A DNA stretch of 64,000 nucleotides from Macrostomum lignano. Lineage: Eukaryota. Positions 1-15,200 of this stretch are shown here, piece by piece. The translations under genes were made by a program, and so were the position numbers. The notes beneath the pieces were generated by a model. The model did no database searches, was not told the DNA's origin, and saw nothing but the letters and a program-made list of their open reading frames with translations. The DNA lies in assembly GCA_002269645.1 (NCBI GenBank), contig NIVC01002362.1:116687-180686 (forward strand), written 5' to 3'. The first letter of the stretch is position 1; every line of letters starts with the position of its first letter.

Positions 1-1263
1 TCACCGCAGGCGCAATCGTCTCTGCCGATGCTCTCAACCGCAGTCACCTGCCGGCAGTTGCGAGGGCAGCTCGCCTGGTGCTGGCGGAGAGAACCAGCTG
101 GATGAGCAGTTTCTGGGCTGGTGCGCATGGTCCGGCTGGAGCGGCTGGAGCTCGGGTGAGCAGACGCTAGATGAGTCAGTAAGATAAACCTGCGCTCCTA
201 GAAGTTCAATGCGCTTAAACACGAATCCTTATCCGAGTTTCATTCCCACGGGGTGACGGATCCTGAGTTTTATTTCCTCAGGGTGACGGATCCTCGGAAT
301 TGCATTTCCCCAGAGTGACGGATCCTCGGAGTTGCATTTCCTCAGAGTGACGGATCCTCGGAGTTTTATTTCCTCAATGACGAATCCTCGGAGTTTCATT
401 TCCTCAGAGTGACGAATCCTCGTAGTTTCATTTCCTCAGAGTGACGGATCCTCGGAGTTTCATTTCCTCAGAGTGACGGATCCCCGGAATTTAATTTCTA
501 CAGGGGTCTAAACCTCGGAGTTTCGTTTCCACGTGTTTAATGATGTCTAATACGCTAGGTTCAAACTGCCTCATAATCGCCCCTCAGACGACTTCACCAT
601 GCTCGTTCTGGTCCACAAAATCGCGTCGCATGGTTCCTGTCCCTCTCCATATACTCGTACTTGTACCGCGCATCAGGTTCGCTTAAAAAACTACGAGGCC
701 CAAACATCCCGCCACTAGCATCACACAATAAACCCCAGCAAAATCGACTTCTGATCTTTAAAACTACATGTAGTCCCCAAGGCGGTTTTCATTTCAACTG
801 CATCCACATGCAAGTTGATACGAAGTCCTAACTTTATATCCTCCCTATCCCTGGGCACTTCAAAAATGGACCAGTATGATACTTCTCTGCCTTTTTAGTA
901 GATTCTTGCAACAAAAATTCAAGCGATAGCCCAAAAACCGCAAAGATTATATTATCATCTGAACTGCTTCAACAAGGCTGCAACGTGAACCAGGAGCGAA
1001 GCAGATCGAGAGCCTGCGGCTGCCTCGTAGCCTCGGTGCCCGCACCATCGACAGCATCCTGGCAGAAGCAGGCCCGCTTCATGGGCTGGTGTGGTTGGAC
1101 GTTCTGGACCGGTTGGTCCAACGGTTACCAAGGCGACTGCTTCCACACTCACTATCAAAGAAAAAGGGAGCGAACCCGCGACTGCGCCTGCATTGTGGCC
1201 TACTCGGTGAACCCGTCCTCGAGTAGCAGGGAGATGCAGGAGACCGGCTGTATCTTCGGCTGA
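1..1263 (+). CDS. 3' end of a thrombospondin type-1 (TSP1)-like repeat protein; exons <1..155 and 977..1263 (5' part lies outside the window)
   Basis: Frame 2 of 1..155 reads ...GWCAWSGWSGWSS-G and ends at a GTGAG donor (156). It joins in phase 1 at the AAG acceptor (976) to GCNVNQERSRSRAC...GWCGWTFWTGWS...RKRERTRDC...stop at 1263. WxxWxxW followed by RxRxRxC is the TSP1 signature. Confidence 0.7.
225..530. repeat. Intronic minisatellite, ~32-bp unit (GAGTGACGGATCCTCGGAGTTTCATTTCCTCA), ~9 degenerate copies
   Basis: Direct reading; lies in intron 156..976. Confidence 0.9.
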
Positions 1264-2865
1264 CTCTAGACTGAGTAAAGTGGGACTCTGCTATACTAGC
1301 TATTGTGAAGCCGGACTGGAACGGAGCAACACAAGCACACGAAATCACTGTGACGATTTATCCGGCAGACTCAAAAATGACTAAAGAAGACAAACACGGC
1401 AGAGGCAAATTTTGTAGCGGTAGCACTTGATGATAGTAACGACTGAGATGCGGGCGATGGCCGCAGTCTTTATTTATTGTGACCGTATGAGAGGATAGTT
1501 AGGCTTGCTACTATCAATTCCGTCTGGGTGGTCAACAGAGATAGGTCATAGTACTTGCTGAATCCGTAAGAAATGCACCGGGCGACTACGCAACAATAAT
1601 ATAGATGGTAGACGATGGAGTGAGTCAATGAGCCTGAGGCAATGGTGACGATGTGATGGCGGTGAACGTGTGGTGGCGGTGCTCGTAGCGAGAGCTCGTA
1701 CAGACAGTAGAGGTGGCGTGACTGAGACTTGGCAGAGGCGTGGTTTAGAACCGAGGCGGAGCGAGGCGGAGAGAGAAGGCAAGCAAACAAGGAGTGCCGG
1801 GGTGGCAAGGGTCTAAGGGGTCTAAGGGCGGGCTAACCCCGAGCGCCCCAGCCAGACAGGACTGATGAGCAGGCTGGGGTGGGTGCCCGCGGAGAACTTA
1901 ATTTCGGGCTAACAATTTATGCGCGGCTTTTCTATTGGCCGGCGAGAAAAACAGAAATTATCGATCGCCTTCTGTACTTAGGCTTTACAAACATAACGCA
2001 AGTTGTTTAAAATTCTTTGTGCACTACTTTAAGCAGACGTGAGAGTACGAGACCATTAAATTAACAATATTATAACGTTAGATTGGTTACCGTATGCTAA
2101 AACGGCCCTTGACGGGGCTAATTAAATTGGCGTCACAATCACCTGGTGTCACCCATTGAAGGAGCCGACAGCGTCCATGGATGACGATGGAATGCTTGAG
2201 AGACTAGCTAAGGATATCTAGCAGTTGATGCTGGCCTAGCGTAATCTGCAATAAGAGTGTCCATAGTCCCCTGGTGCCACCTGTTGAATGTCCAAAAGCT
2301 CCGCCTAGGTGAACGCCAGTGACCATTGAAGTCAGACCTGATGCAGACACATACGGTTGACGTGCTGATAAAATCTGGAGGCTTGGCAAAGCTGCACTGA
2401 GGCGCAGTGCTGATTGGCGCACAGGGTCTGGCGAATTGAGTCTTGTTTGAGAAGGTGCGCAACAAAATTTAGCCAGTGTTCTTGAATTTCGTGTGCTTAA
2501 GTTGCTCTGTTCAGGCGCAGAAAAAATGTTAGGGGGGACTACTCCCTGGTACATTAGTTCTACATTTTATGCTAAGAGTCACAGAATCACACGACTGAAC
2601 TTACCCAATTTACTTAATTATAGTATACTCGTAGATAGACATTTTGTGAACACTAAGCTTATTTATTCATCTTTTCTATGTATGGTAACAAATCGCCCAA
2701 CCCAATCTCCCAGAAAAACAAATACCAGGTAAGAAGAGAACTCTTCAAAAATAAGTTTTGCATAACGTCTCATAACTGACGTCATCATATTTATAAAAGT
2801 TTACTGCAATTATAAGCCAGCTTTTTTATTTTGCAACTCAAAATCAATATAGCGTTTCCCCGAGC

Positions 2866-2940
2866 CTGGCTTTTTATTGTCTATGGCCCAAAGGACTGCA
2901 GCACAGACCTCCTTTCAGGCCATAGACAATAAAAAGCCAG
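2866..2940. other. Inverted repeat / hairpin with perfect 23-bp arms
   Basis: CTGGCTTTTTATTGTCTATGGCC (2866-2888) and its exact reverse complement (2918-2940), plus an inner AAAGGA/TCCTTT pair. Confidence 0.9.
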
Positions 2941-3463
2941 CCTTCAATTGCTGGATTATCCCGCTGGGGAATTCAACTGATCGAATTCTGATGCTATTGA
3001 AACAGCTGAGTAAATAAAATACTCGTAAGTATATAGACATTTGTGAGCATTCACTAAGCATTATTGAACGATAAAAAAACTATTTAATCAAAACAGTTAA
3101 AAAATTATTGAAAGCGGCTCTCCAGGAAGCGAGTGTTGGTTAAAAATGTAGCTCAACAGAGACACAGATATAACAAACGGAAGGCACTGGATGCGTGATG
3201 ATCAGAGCTGATTATTATAATGAGATTTAGTGCACCGTTACTGGAAGTTATAAAAACTGCGGCCAATTGACAGAAAGTGGGGTAGTAAATCACTGTTCTA
3301 GTAATGCTTAGTTTACACTTGAAAATTTGTCTCCTTTGTCTAGTGCAGGTGAAATTCGTAAAAGTTCTCGCTTAAATTCAATCCATAAGACGGGTTAGCT
3401 GGTGAAGCTGTTTGAAGAAACAGATAGACAAAATAGGCACTTAGTAGTTTTCTCGTAGACAAC

Positions 3464-4218
3464 TAGTAAATATCTGGTAGATAACCAGTGGCTATCTGGT
3501 AGACAACTGGTAACAATCTGGTAGATAACAGGTAGCTGGTAGCTATCTGGTAGACAAACTGGTAGTTATCTGGTAGACAATGGGTAGCTATCTGGTAGAC
3601 AAACTGGTAGCCATCTGGTAGACAATTGGTAGCTAGCTGGTAGACAACTGGTAACAATCTGGTAGATAACAGGTAGTTGGTAGCTATCTGGTTGACAAAC
3701 TAGTAGCCATCTGGTAGACAATGGGTAGCTATCTGGTAGACAAACTAGTAGCCATCTGGTAGACAATTGGTAGCTAGCTGGTAGACAAACTGATAGTTAC
3801 CTGGTAGACAATTGGTAGCTATCTGGTAGACAATGGGTAGCTAGCTGGTAGACAAACTGGTAGCTATCTGGTAGACAATGGGTAGCTAGCTGGTAGACAA
3901 ACTGGTAGCTATCTGGTAGACAATGGGTAGCTAGCTGGTAGACAAACTGGTAGCTATCTGGTAGACAATTGGTAGCTAGCTGGTAGACAAACTGGTAGTT
4001 ATCTGGAAGACAAACTGGTAGCTATCTGGTAGACAAACTGGTAGCTATCTGGTAGACAAACTGGTAGCTATCTGGTAGACAAACTGGTAGCTATCTGGTA
4101 GACAAACTGGTAGCTATCTGATAGACAAACTGGAAGACAAACTGGTAGCTATCTGGTAGACAAACTGGTAGACAAACTGGTAGCCATCTGGTAGACAAAC
4201 TGGTAGCTATCTGGTAGT
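3464..4218. repeat. Minisatellite built on CTGGTAG (unit ~TCTGGTAGACAAACTGGTAGCTA)
   Basis: Direct reading. Confidence 0.9.
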
Positions 4219-4709
4219 TAAACAAATCAAGCCTGTGTTTGGCTTTTATCACAATTTTATTGTCAATAATGTAAATAAATGTATTGATAAAAATAGATTA
4301 ATTTAAATATTAAATTTCGTGTTTCTTGATTAAGATTTCAACGTACAGGGCGACACAGGTAAGCAAATAAAGAGTTTAGCAATCACTAAAACGTTTACAT
4401 AATGCTGAGAATGCAAATGACAAATGAATAGAGAGAAATAGCATTAATAAAACAAGCAACAAACTTAAAATCGGCTTGAACTCCAGAGACAAAAAAAACA
4501 ATTTAACAGCTCTTGTCATTCTCATGGCATTATTATGTTGACCATTAAAATTTTCACTAAAGCAATGACGTCACAGAAAAATCGATATGAAATATTATAC
4601 AGAACACTCGAACGCCCGTTTTCATAATGCTTATTATTTAAGTCTCGAATGATTTCAATCGCAAATTAGTCAGTCTTGAGCATGGTCTCAATAAGCAGGG
4701 CGAAGCTGC

Positions 4710-7157
<2,448 letters not shown>

Positions 7158-7551
7158 TTAATAACTTTCTTCAGATTTGAAATTGAGCTCAAGCTAGAAA
7201 ATTAGACTGGCTTATTTAGGCTCACAACTGAAGCTGCAATTGAGTTCACCCACTGTATTATATCAAAACTGTGCTTAAGATTTTAGTTTCATGTTCTAAA
7301 AATAGAACATCGTTGCGTAGCAGAGAGGCTTCGATTCAGTTACTAATTTTAGCAACAGTTTATATCAGGTGGGCTGCCTTTGAAGCGGAAAAAGATTGCA
7401 ATTTCCTGTTAGAACAGAAACGTAAAAGTAAGTAGATGAACAAGAATCTAGAGCTTTAATCTTGCTAGCAGCCACAAGCAAAAATATAAAACTGTTTTAT
7501 TGTTTTATGAGCATGACAATAGGTACCACTGGTACCAGTCAGAAAATTAAC

Positions 7552-9125
7552 CTACAGACAGGGCACCCATTCACTCTTGTCACTCAGACTAAGTATACTT
7601 TCACTCTTGTCACTCAGACTGGGCATCCTTTCACTCTTGTCACTCAGACTAGGCATCCATTCACTCTTGTCACTCAGACTAGGTACCAATACACTCTTGT
7701 CACTCAGACTGGGCATCCATTCACTCTTGTCACTCAGACTGGGCACCCTTTTACTCTTGTCACTCAGACTGGGCATCCATTCACTCTTGTCACTCAGACT
7801 GGGCACCCTTTTACTCTTGTCACTCAGACTGGGCACCCTTTCACTATTGTCACTCAGACTGGACACCCTTTCACTCTTGTCACTCAGACTGGGCATCCAT
7901 TCACTCTTGTCACTCAGACTAAGTATACTTTTACTCTTGTCACTCAGACTGGGCATCCTTTCACTCTTGTCACTCAGACTGGGCATCCATTCACTCTTGT
8001 CACTCAGACTGGGCACCCTTTTACTCTTGTCACTCAGACTGGGCATCCATTCACTCTTGTCACTCAGACTGGGCACCCTTTTACTCTTGTCACTCAGACT
8101 GGGCACCCTTTCACTATTGTCACTCAGACTGGACACCCTTTCACTCTTGTCACTCAGACTGGGCATCCATTCACTCTTGTCACTCAGACTGGACATCCAT
8201 TCACTCTTGTCACTCAGACTGGGCACCCTTTTACTCTTGTCACTCAGACTGGGCATCCATTCACTCTTGTCACTCAGACTGGGCATCCTTTCACTCTTGT
8301 CACTCAGACTGGACACCCTTTCACTCTTGTCACTCAGACTGGGCATCTATTCACTCTTGTCACTCAGACTGGGCACCCTTTTACTCTTGTCACTCAGACT
8401 GGGCACCCTTTCACTATTGTCACTCAGACTGGACACCCTTTCACTCTTGTCACTCAGACTGGGCATCCATTCACTCTTGTCACTCAGACTAAGTATACTT
8501 TTACTCTTGTCACTCAGACTGGGCATCCTTTCACTCTTGTCACTCAGACTGGGCATCCATTCACTCTTGTCACTCAGACTGGGCACCCTTTTACTCTTGT
8601 CACTCAGACTGGGCATCCATTCACTCTTGTCACTCAGACTGGGCACCCTTTTACTCTTGTCACTCAGACTGGGCATCCATTCACTCTTGTCACTCAGACT
8701 GGGCATCCATTCACTCTTGTCACTCAGACTGGGCATCCATTCACTCTTGTCACTCAGACTGGGAATCCATTCACTCTTGTCACTCATACTAAGTATACTT
8801 TTACTCTTGTCACTCAGACTGGGCATCCATTCACTCTTGTCACTCAGACTAAGTATACTTTCAGTCTTGTCACTTAGACTGGGCATCCATTCACTCTTGT
8901 CACTCAGACTGGGCATCCATTCACTCTTGTCACTCAGACTGGGAATCCATTCACTCTTGTCACTCATACTAAGTATACTTTTACTCTTGTCACTCAGACT
9001 GGGCATCCATTCACTCTTGTCACTCAGACTAAGTATACTTTCAGTCTTGTCACTTAGACTGGGCATCCATTCACTCTTGTCACTCAGACTAGGCATCCAT
9101 TCACTTTTGTCACTCAGACTAAGCA
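7552..9125. repeat. 30-bp minisatellite (GGGCATCCATTCACTCTTGTCACTCAGACT), ~52 copies with recurring variants
   Basis: Exact 30-nt period visible; source of spurious ORFs 7462..9139. Confidence 0.97.
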
Positions 9126-10672
9126 TTATTTTAACCTAGTTTTTACATATCTTTCATTTTTAACCCGATTTCTATACTTATTGTATCATTTTTAGCTTGT
9201 TTATCCTTTATTAATCAATAAAAAACCTTATATAATATTGGAAAAATATCCAAACCTTTAAGTCAATACCTAAAAGCTAGTATTACTTAAGCCTAAAATA
9301 CATATGGGAATTAAAGAAAAACATTTTTATTGTAATTAATGTCCTTAATTCTTTATTTCTTCATAATAAAGCCTTGTGATTTAAGATAATTTAGAATATC
9401 AAAAGTTCTTGTCTAACTAAAGTCAAAAAGCTAACCTAATAAAAAAATGAAAACAATGAGAATTTTGTCTAAATTTCAAGTATATCCAATATATAAAAAT
9501 TTGGTTAGGCCTAAGACTTGAAAAGAATATTTTTGCTCGTGTTTTATTATAAACCTTTTTTATAAAACACATTTTTTAATTTTAAAGCTACAAAAGCCTC
9601 TAATAATGTTTCTAAATACCATACTTTTTAATAAGCCTTTGTCTTTGATGATATAAAAAGAGATGATATAGGCCTACTTTATTATTATCTTATAAAATCA
9701 GATAGGTATTCAGGCCTATAATAAGTATTTTTTAAAAAGTATTTTTGTTAGTTTTTTATTATTATATAATTGCATTGCAAAGTTATTTATTTGCAAAACC
9801 CTACTTCAAACTTTAAATAGGCTTTTTGCATGCATTTGGCAAGTCATGGGGCCATTACTAAAGTTCTTATTTATACTTATATTATGCTAGCTAGAGTATT
9901 AAGATTTTCACTATATAGCTATAGATATGGCTATAGGAAGTTACAGATATAGAGGTTTTTTGGCAAAGCATATGAAAATGATTTATAGAAAGCCAATTGA
10001 AACTGTCTATGCTCTTTTATTGCATAACTGCTACTATCTATGCCTTACTCTCAATCCCTCTCATGAGCGTAGCTGCTGAGTGTGCATTCCCCATCTCTGA
10101 ACTCTTTCTGACAAAACATTGTCTAGCCACATTGTCTAAGCTAGCAATGCTACAATTCAAAAAATTCAAAAAATTCAAATTCAAAGGCAAAGAAAATTAA
10201 GCAAAGCGAGATCTCCCAATATATACATTGAAATTAAAAAAAATTAAAATAATTAATGAAGAAAAAAGTTGATTCTGTAATTTTAAGTCACTATTCGCTA
10301 ACTAGATCAGAGATTTCAATGTACACGGTACACAAAATTTGGTCAAATTACAGGATGTCTCGGGTGCACGTAATCTGACTCATCCGGGAATTAAAATAGA
10401 TCGGTTAAAACACTTTAAAACAAGTTAAACACATGTAGGTACGCATGTGTACTGTTTTGTCGTTCTTTCTTTAAAGTTTGTTCGCACATCCTTTTGCAGC
10501 ATATCAATTAATGCTTATTATATTATTCTCAATTGTTACCAAAGTGGTGCTGTTACCGAAATGGCTGTTACCGAAGTGGACTGTTACCTTTTTAAGTCCC
10601 TAGGGTCTGCAAAGACTAGGATAGGGTTGCGATATTAGATTTAAGATAAATGGTTTCACTTTTAATGAGAAG

Positions 10673-11325
10673 CAGTGGCGGTGCAGGGGGGGGGGCAATG
10701 GGGCCCTGGGTGACCACAGGTCATTGCCTCAAGGGGAGTGACCACACCACCATCCCCATGGCCCTCCAAAAGACCCTATGGGGCTTTTTCACATTACCAA
10801 TTCCAGAACCAGAATCGATTCGGATTTTCTAAGGAAAAAAGCAGTATAACTATTTAACTTTGCTGAATGTTTGACTGCCTTACAGCTTCACTTTGCACAA
10901 TTTTTCACTTTCTTCTTGGCTATTGCCAATGCCATTCAATAATCACAACTTTCAAGCACTTATAGGCCCTATCCCTCTGGTTTAGGAGACAAATTTTTAC
11001 TTTGCAAATTGGATCTGGTTCTAGAACCAGAAGAAGCAATATGAAAAGGCCTTAGGAAAGGAGGGCAAATGGTCACCCCCTGCTAGGCCTATGCAATTTG
11101 CATCAATGATTAAAAATTTTTATTCTTTTTTTAATGTATAAGAATTTTCGTGTTGTACATTCGTTTTATAAGAAGTGTGTCATAATTTGTGTATAATTTT
11201 TTACTTTCTTAGAAAATTTGTGTTCTAATTCAAATGTTTTTATTTGTTTAATTATGTATTGGTAGGGGAAGGGGTGACCATCTAATTATTGCCTCCCCCT
11301 AACCAGAGATACTGCGCTGCCACTA
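10673..11325. mobile_element. hAT-type MITE (~650 bp), degenerate
   Basis: Imperfect TIRs CAGTGGCGGTGCAG / (rc) TAGTGGCAGCGCAG; 8-bp TSD ATGAGAAG (10665-72) vs ATAAGAAG (11326-33). Confidence 0.65.
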
Positions 11326-13278
11326 ATAAGAAGAGCTTTTCAATTGCTAGAATCAGGGACTCAAGCAACAAAGACAAATGTTTGACACTACACACACATT
11401 GAGGTTAGAATACAAAACATTTGTATTGAAAGTCTGCAAAGGGAGCTCTTAAGTCCTTGGGGTCAAGGACAGTTTAAACAATACATTTATAACAATATAC
11501 ACATTTAACCATGCAGTTATGATGGTAAAGGCTTGAGTTAAAATGAATAAATACAATGGGAAAGCTGCCTAGCATCTGTCACTATCAAACAAAGAAGGCT
11601 AGTTTGCAAAGGCTCTTATTGAGAGTTTCTTTCTTAGTTTAGGCATTATTGGGATAAAAAAGGCCATAGTTTATACTCTTGTAGTTTTTCTGCCCTTCTA
11701 TCTAAGGCAGAGTTCTTAGGTTCTAAACTTAGGTTTTCTTACAATTCTTTGGCTTTGGTATATGTTTTTGCATTATACAATTTCTTAGATTGTAAATCTA
11801 GAAGTCTTGTTCTTAAGAATGGTAATGAGTTTTCCTAGTAACTACTAAAGCTTAGATGTCCTTAATAACCAAGGCAAAAGTATTAATCATTCTTTTTAAA
11901 GCAAGAATATGTAAAAATGAGTTGAAAGAAGTTAATATTTCCTTGTTGGCAGCCTGTATATTTATAGGGTTTCTTGATATTATGTAAAACACATTTCAAA
12001 GACAACATTTTTATAATAAAATAATTCTAATATTTTCAAATTTATGAATTTTTAAGCAATAAAGCCTATTATACATTATATATATGCTATAGTTATGGCC
12101 ATGTAATTGCAATTACAATCAAATGGAATAAAAAATATTGTTAGCCTAATAAAGGCCCATGTTTAGTATCTTAGCTTTTTATAAAGATCTTAGCTAGCAT
12201 TGGTTGATGCTAATTTTGTCTACTATATTTTGTCTTATTTATCTTTATTTTTGCTTCATGGTTGGTCTAGGACCTAAGCCAAAGAAACTAAATTTATTAG
12301 CAAGGTCAAATAACAAAAAATTAGATTGTCATTGCAGATTGGCATTTTATATTTAGCATTCCAAATTCTGGCCATAATGAATTCAAGCTTGAAGCACAAA
12401 TACTAAAATAATTAGATTGGCCACTTAGGCACATATACTTCTTAAAGCAGCATTCTATTTTTAGTTGAGTAGCAAAAAAGAATACTTTATTATTATGTTA
12501 TAAAAACAAAGGCAACTAAAATTACTTTGATAAGTTTAGAAGCCCAAGCTTGCAAGTGTAAATAACTTGCTAATTGGTTCAGCTTTAATATACATTAGAG
12601 GCCTAGGCAGTCCATTGAAATGTGCATAGCAGCTTTAGGCTAGAATTCTAAGATAAAAGCAATAAGACTGGAGCAGGGTGGGGTGGTCTAAAAAATGCAG
12701 TTAGGGATTTTAATCTAGTGAGGAAAGCCAAAATTGAGCCTTGGCTTTAACATACATTAAAATTCTTCTGTTTAACTTACTACTAACCTGAAAGTAGATG
12801 ACATGCAAATGTGCTCCAAAAAATACTAGTACTACTATTTTCAATACTAGTACTAGTACTAAAAATACTACTATTTTCAAATATTTTATTTATGAAATTT
12901 CCTGCAGTATGATTCTATGTAGTTTTGGAAACCTAAAAGCCACACTATAAAGTCCAGAAAAATCTAGAAATTTAAATAAAACTGTCTGTCAACACCCTAA
13001 AAACAATACTATTTTGCAACAAGTGTCCAGATTTTCATTCTTAAATTGCAACTTTTTTGCAAATGACAATATAATTACGCTCATAATTTTCTAAAATCCA
13101 GGTGCTAGAGTTCAAAAGTTTTTTATCTGTTAAGGCATGATTGAATAAGCTGCATAAAAAAGTGGCTGCACCCCTCTCAGTTAGAAATTGCAATACAAGT
13201 AAACTCCATAATATTTTCATTCTTGTTGCAGTTTTAAATTATAAGCCTAACTACATAGACATCAAGCAATTATTAATT

Positions 13279-14216
13279 ATGGACCTCATTCTGAATGCTC
13301 TCCGGGTGCTCACATTTCGCAATGTCTATGGTGGAGCTGCGGCTGCTGCAGACCAGCCAGGGGCAGAGCATCAGTCAGAGGCAACACCAGCTGCTGCCGG
13401 CTCTGCCACCATCGACAAGCCGGTTCAGCAGCAGAAACGAACCCGAAAAACTCTTGCTTGCAACGAGCTGACTTTGTCCTCTGAGGTTGAGTTTGGCATT
13501 GAAGCCGACGAGAGAAGTCTGGAGGCCTGGCCTTCTGCCACATCTCCGCTTGAGAAGAAAACTGATCTAGAGACTGCTCCCCAGGCTGATCTAGAGACTG
13601 CTCCCCAGGCTGATCTAGAGACTGCTCCTCAGGCTGATCTAGAGACTGCTCCTCAGGCTGATCTAGAGATTGCTCCTCAGGCTAATCTAGAGACTGCTCC
13701 TCAGGCTGATCTAGAGACTGCTCCTCAGGCTGATCTAGAGACTGCTCCTCAGGCTGATCTAGAGACTGCTCCTCAGGCTGATCTAGTGACTGACACTAAA
13801 GAAGCACCACCATTGCAGCAGCTTTATAAAAAGCTTCTTTCAATGGCAAAACCTCGTAAGTATTGTTGTCAAATGAGAGACATTGATAATTGGTTCATTT
13901 AGTCATGATTTTACTTACCATTTATTGATTGTTTTCAGTTCGCTGGGACTCAGACGGCTGCTCGCTTATTAACCCGCGGCATCACCCGGCTGAGTCGGCT
14001 GTCAGCTTCCAGCTGGTGTGCCCCGGCTCCGGCTACCTCATCAGCGTCACGGTGGGCCAGGAGGCTCCACCGGACGGCCCTCTGTCGGTGGCCTGCGATC
14101 CGGCCGTGCCAGAGTTGGCCGCTGTCTGGGAGCGCCTGGCCCAGCCTGGAGCCGCAGCCAGTGCTGACAGCATTGTTGGAGACTGCCTGCTGCCTGCCAC
14201 GGCTGGTCTGGCTTAG
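13279..14216 (+). CDS. Uncharacterised 284-aa protein with ~9 DLETAPQA repeats and a globular, possibly RWD-like, C-terminus; exons 13279..13855 and 13939..14216
   Basis: ATG at 13279; GTAAGT donor at 13856; TTTTCAG acceptor at 13938; phase-1 join KP-L-RWDSDGC; GC-rich codon usage in exon 2; AATAAA near 14560. Confidence 0.72.
13563..13790 (+). repeat. 24-bp tandem repeat (GATCTAGAGACTGCTCCTCAGGCT) inside the reading frame
   Basis: Direct reading; encodes DLETAPQA. Confidence 0.9.
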
Positions 14217-14796
14217 GAAGTGGCTGACCTGTGCGCTGGGGTCTGATGTTCGCTGCAATTGTCAGACTTGACACCGTGTTTTCTAAATTGCTGTATTTTT
14301 CTCGTTGTATTTTTATAATTGTTGTTTTGCACAATTAGCTACTTTTCTTATTTATTCAAGTAGTGTGTGTCTCCATTTCCTGGCATTTTTTTTTATATTT
14401 ATTATTTTTAGCTGCACGTGTTTGATTAATTGTTTTTTTATGTATTTTTATTTGTGCTAATTTTTGTCATCATTATTGTGCTACAACTTTAGTAAATTCG
14501 CATTTCTCATGTAGCCAAATTCAATGCAATTTAAACCAGTTTACTTAGTTTTGTTTCAAATAAAAATACAGCAATGGCGATCCCAGCAGCTCGAGGTCTG
14601 ATCGTGCTTTTTCAAGCATAATAGCATCTTGGGTTATTAATTTCAGTCTTAATTGTTTTCCACCAAACGGTTCTTAAGAGTTGACTTCAACGCACAGAAT
14701 GAGGGCTAGGATTTATGCCGAAAAATGTGAGAGCCAAGAAGAATGGAATACAAACTTTTGAATAAACTACATTTAGCTTCTCCTTGCAATAACCTC

Positions 14797-15200
14797 AACA
14801 ATCCCCCGTGAGCCTTGAAATATCAACAATCCCCCCGTGAGCCTTGACATCTCAACAATCCCCCGTGAGCCTTGACATCTCAACAATCCCCCGTGAGCCT
14901 TGACATCTCAACAATCCCCCGTGAGCCTTGACATCTCAACAATCCCCCCGTGAGCCTTGACATCTCAACAATCCCCGCGTGAGCCTTGACATCTCAACAA
15001 TCCCCCCGTGAGCCTTGACATCTCAACAATCCCCGCGTGAGCCTTGACATCTTAGCAATGCTCCTCATAAGCCTTGAAATCTCAACAAAACCCCCGTCGA
15101 CCTTGAAATCTCAGCAATTCTTTCACCGCAAGCCTTGAAATTTCAGCAATTCTCCCCAAGAGTCACAGCATTATAGCGATTCCGTCCAAGCCTTGACATC
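14797..15200. repeat. ~29-bp minisatellite (CTCAACAATCCCCCGTGAGCCTTGACAT) decaying to the right
   Basis: Direct reading. Confidence 0.9.

Noticed and set aside
1855-1910. CTGATGAG hammerhead-ribozyme core
   Set aside because: No GAAA after a closable stem II and no stem I/III pairing. A second candidate on the minus strand near 23400-23440 also lacks a valid NUH site.
2143-2554. ORFs on the minus strand (85 and 116 aa)
   Set aside because: No recognisable domain, no consistent splice partners, and other frames have many stops.
7462-9139. ORFs of 259-520 aa (TLVTQTGHPF etc.)
   Set aside because: They are read-through of a 30-bp minisatellite, open in several frames and on both strands, with no unique coding flanks.
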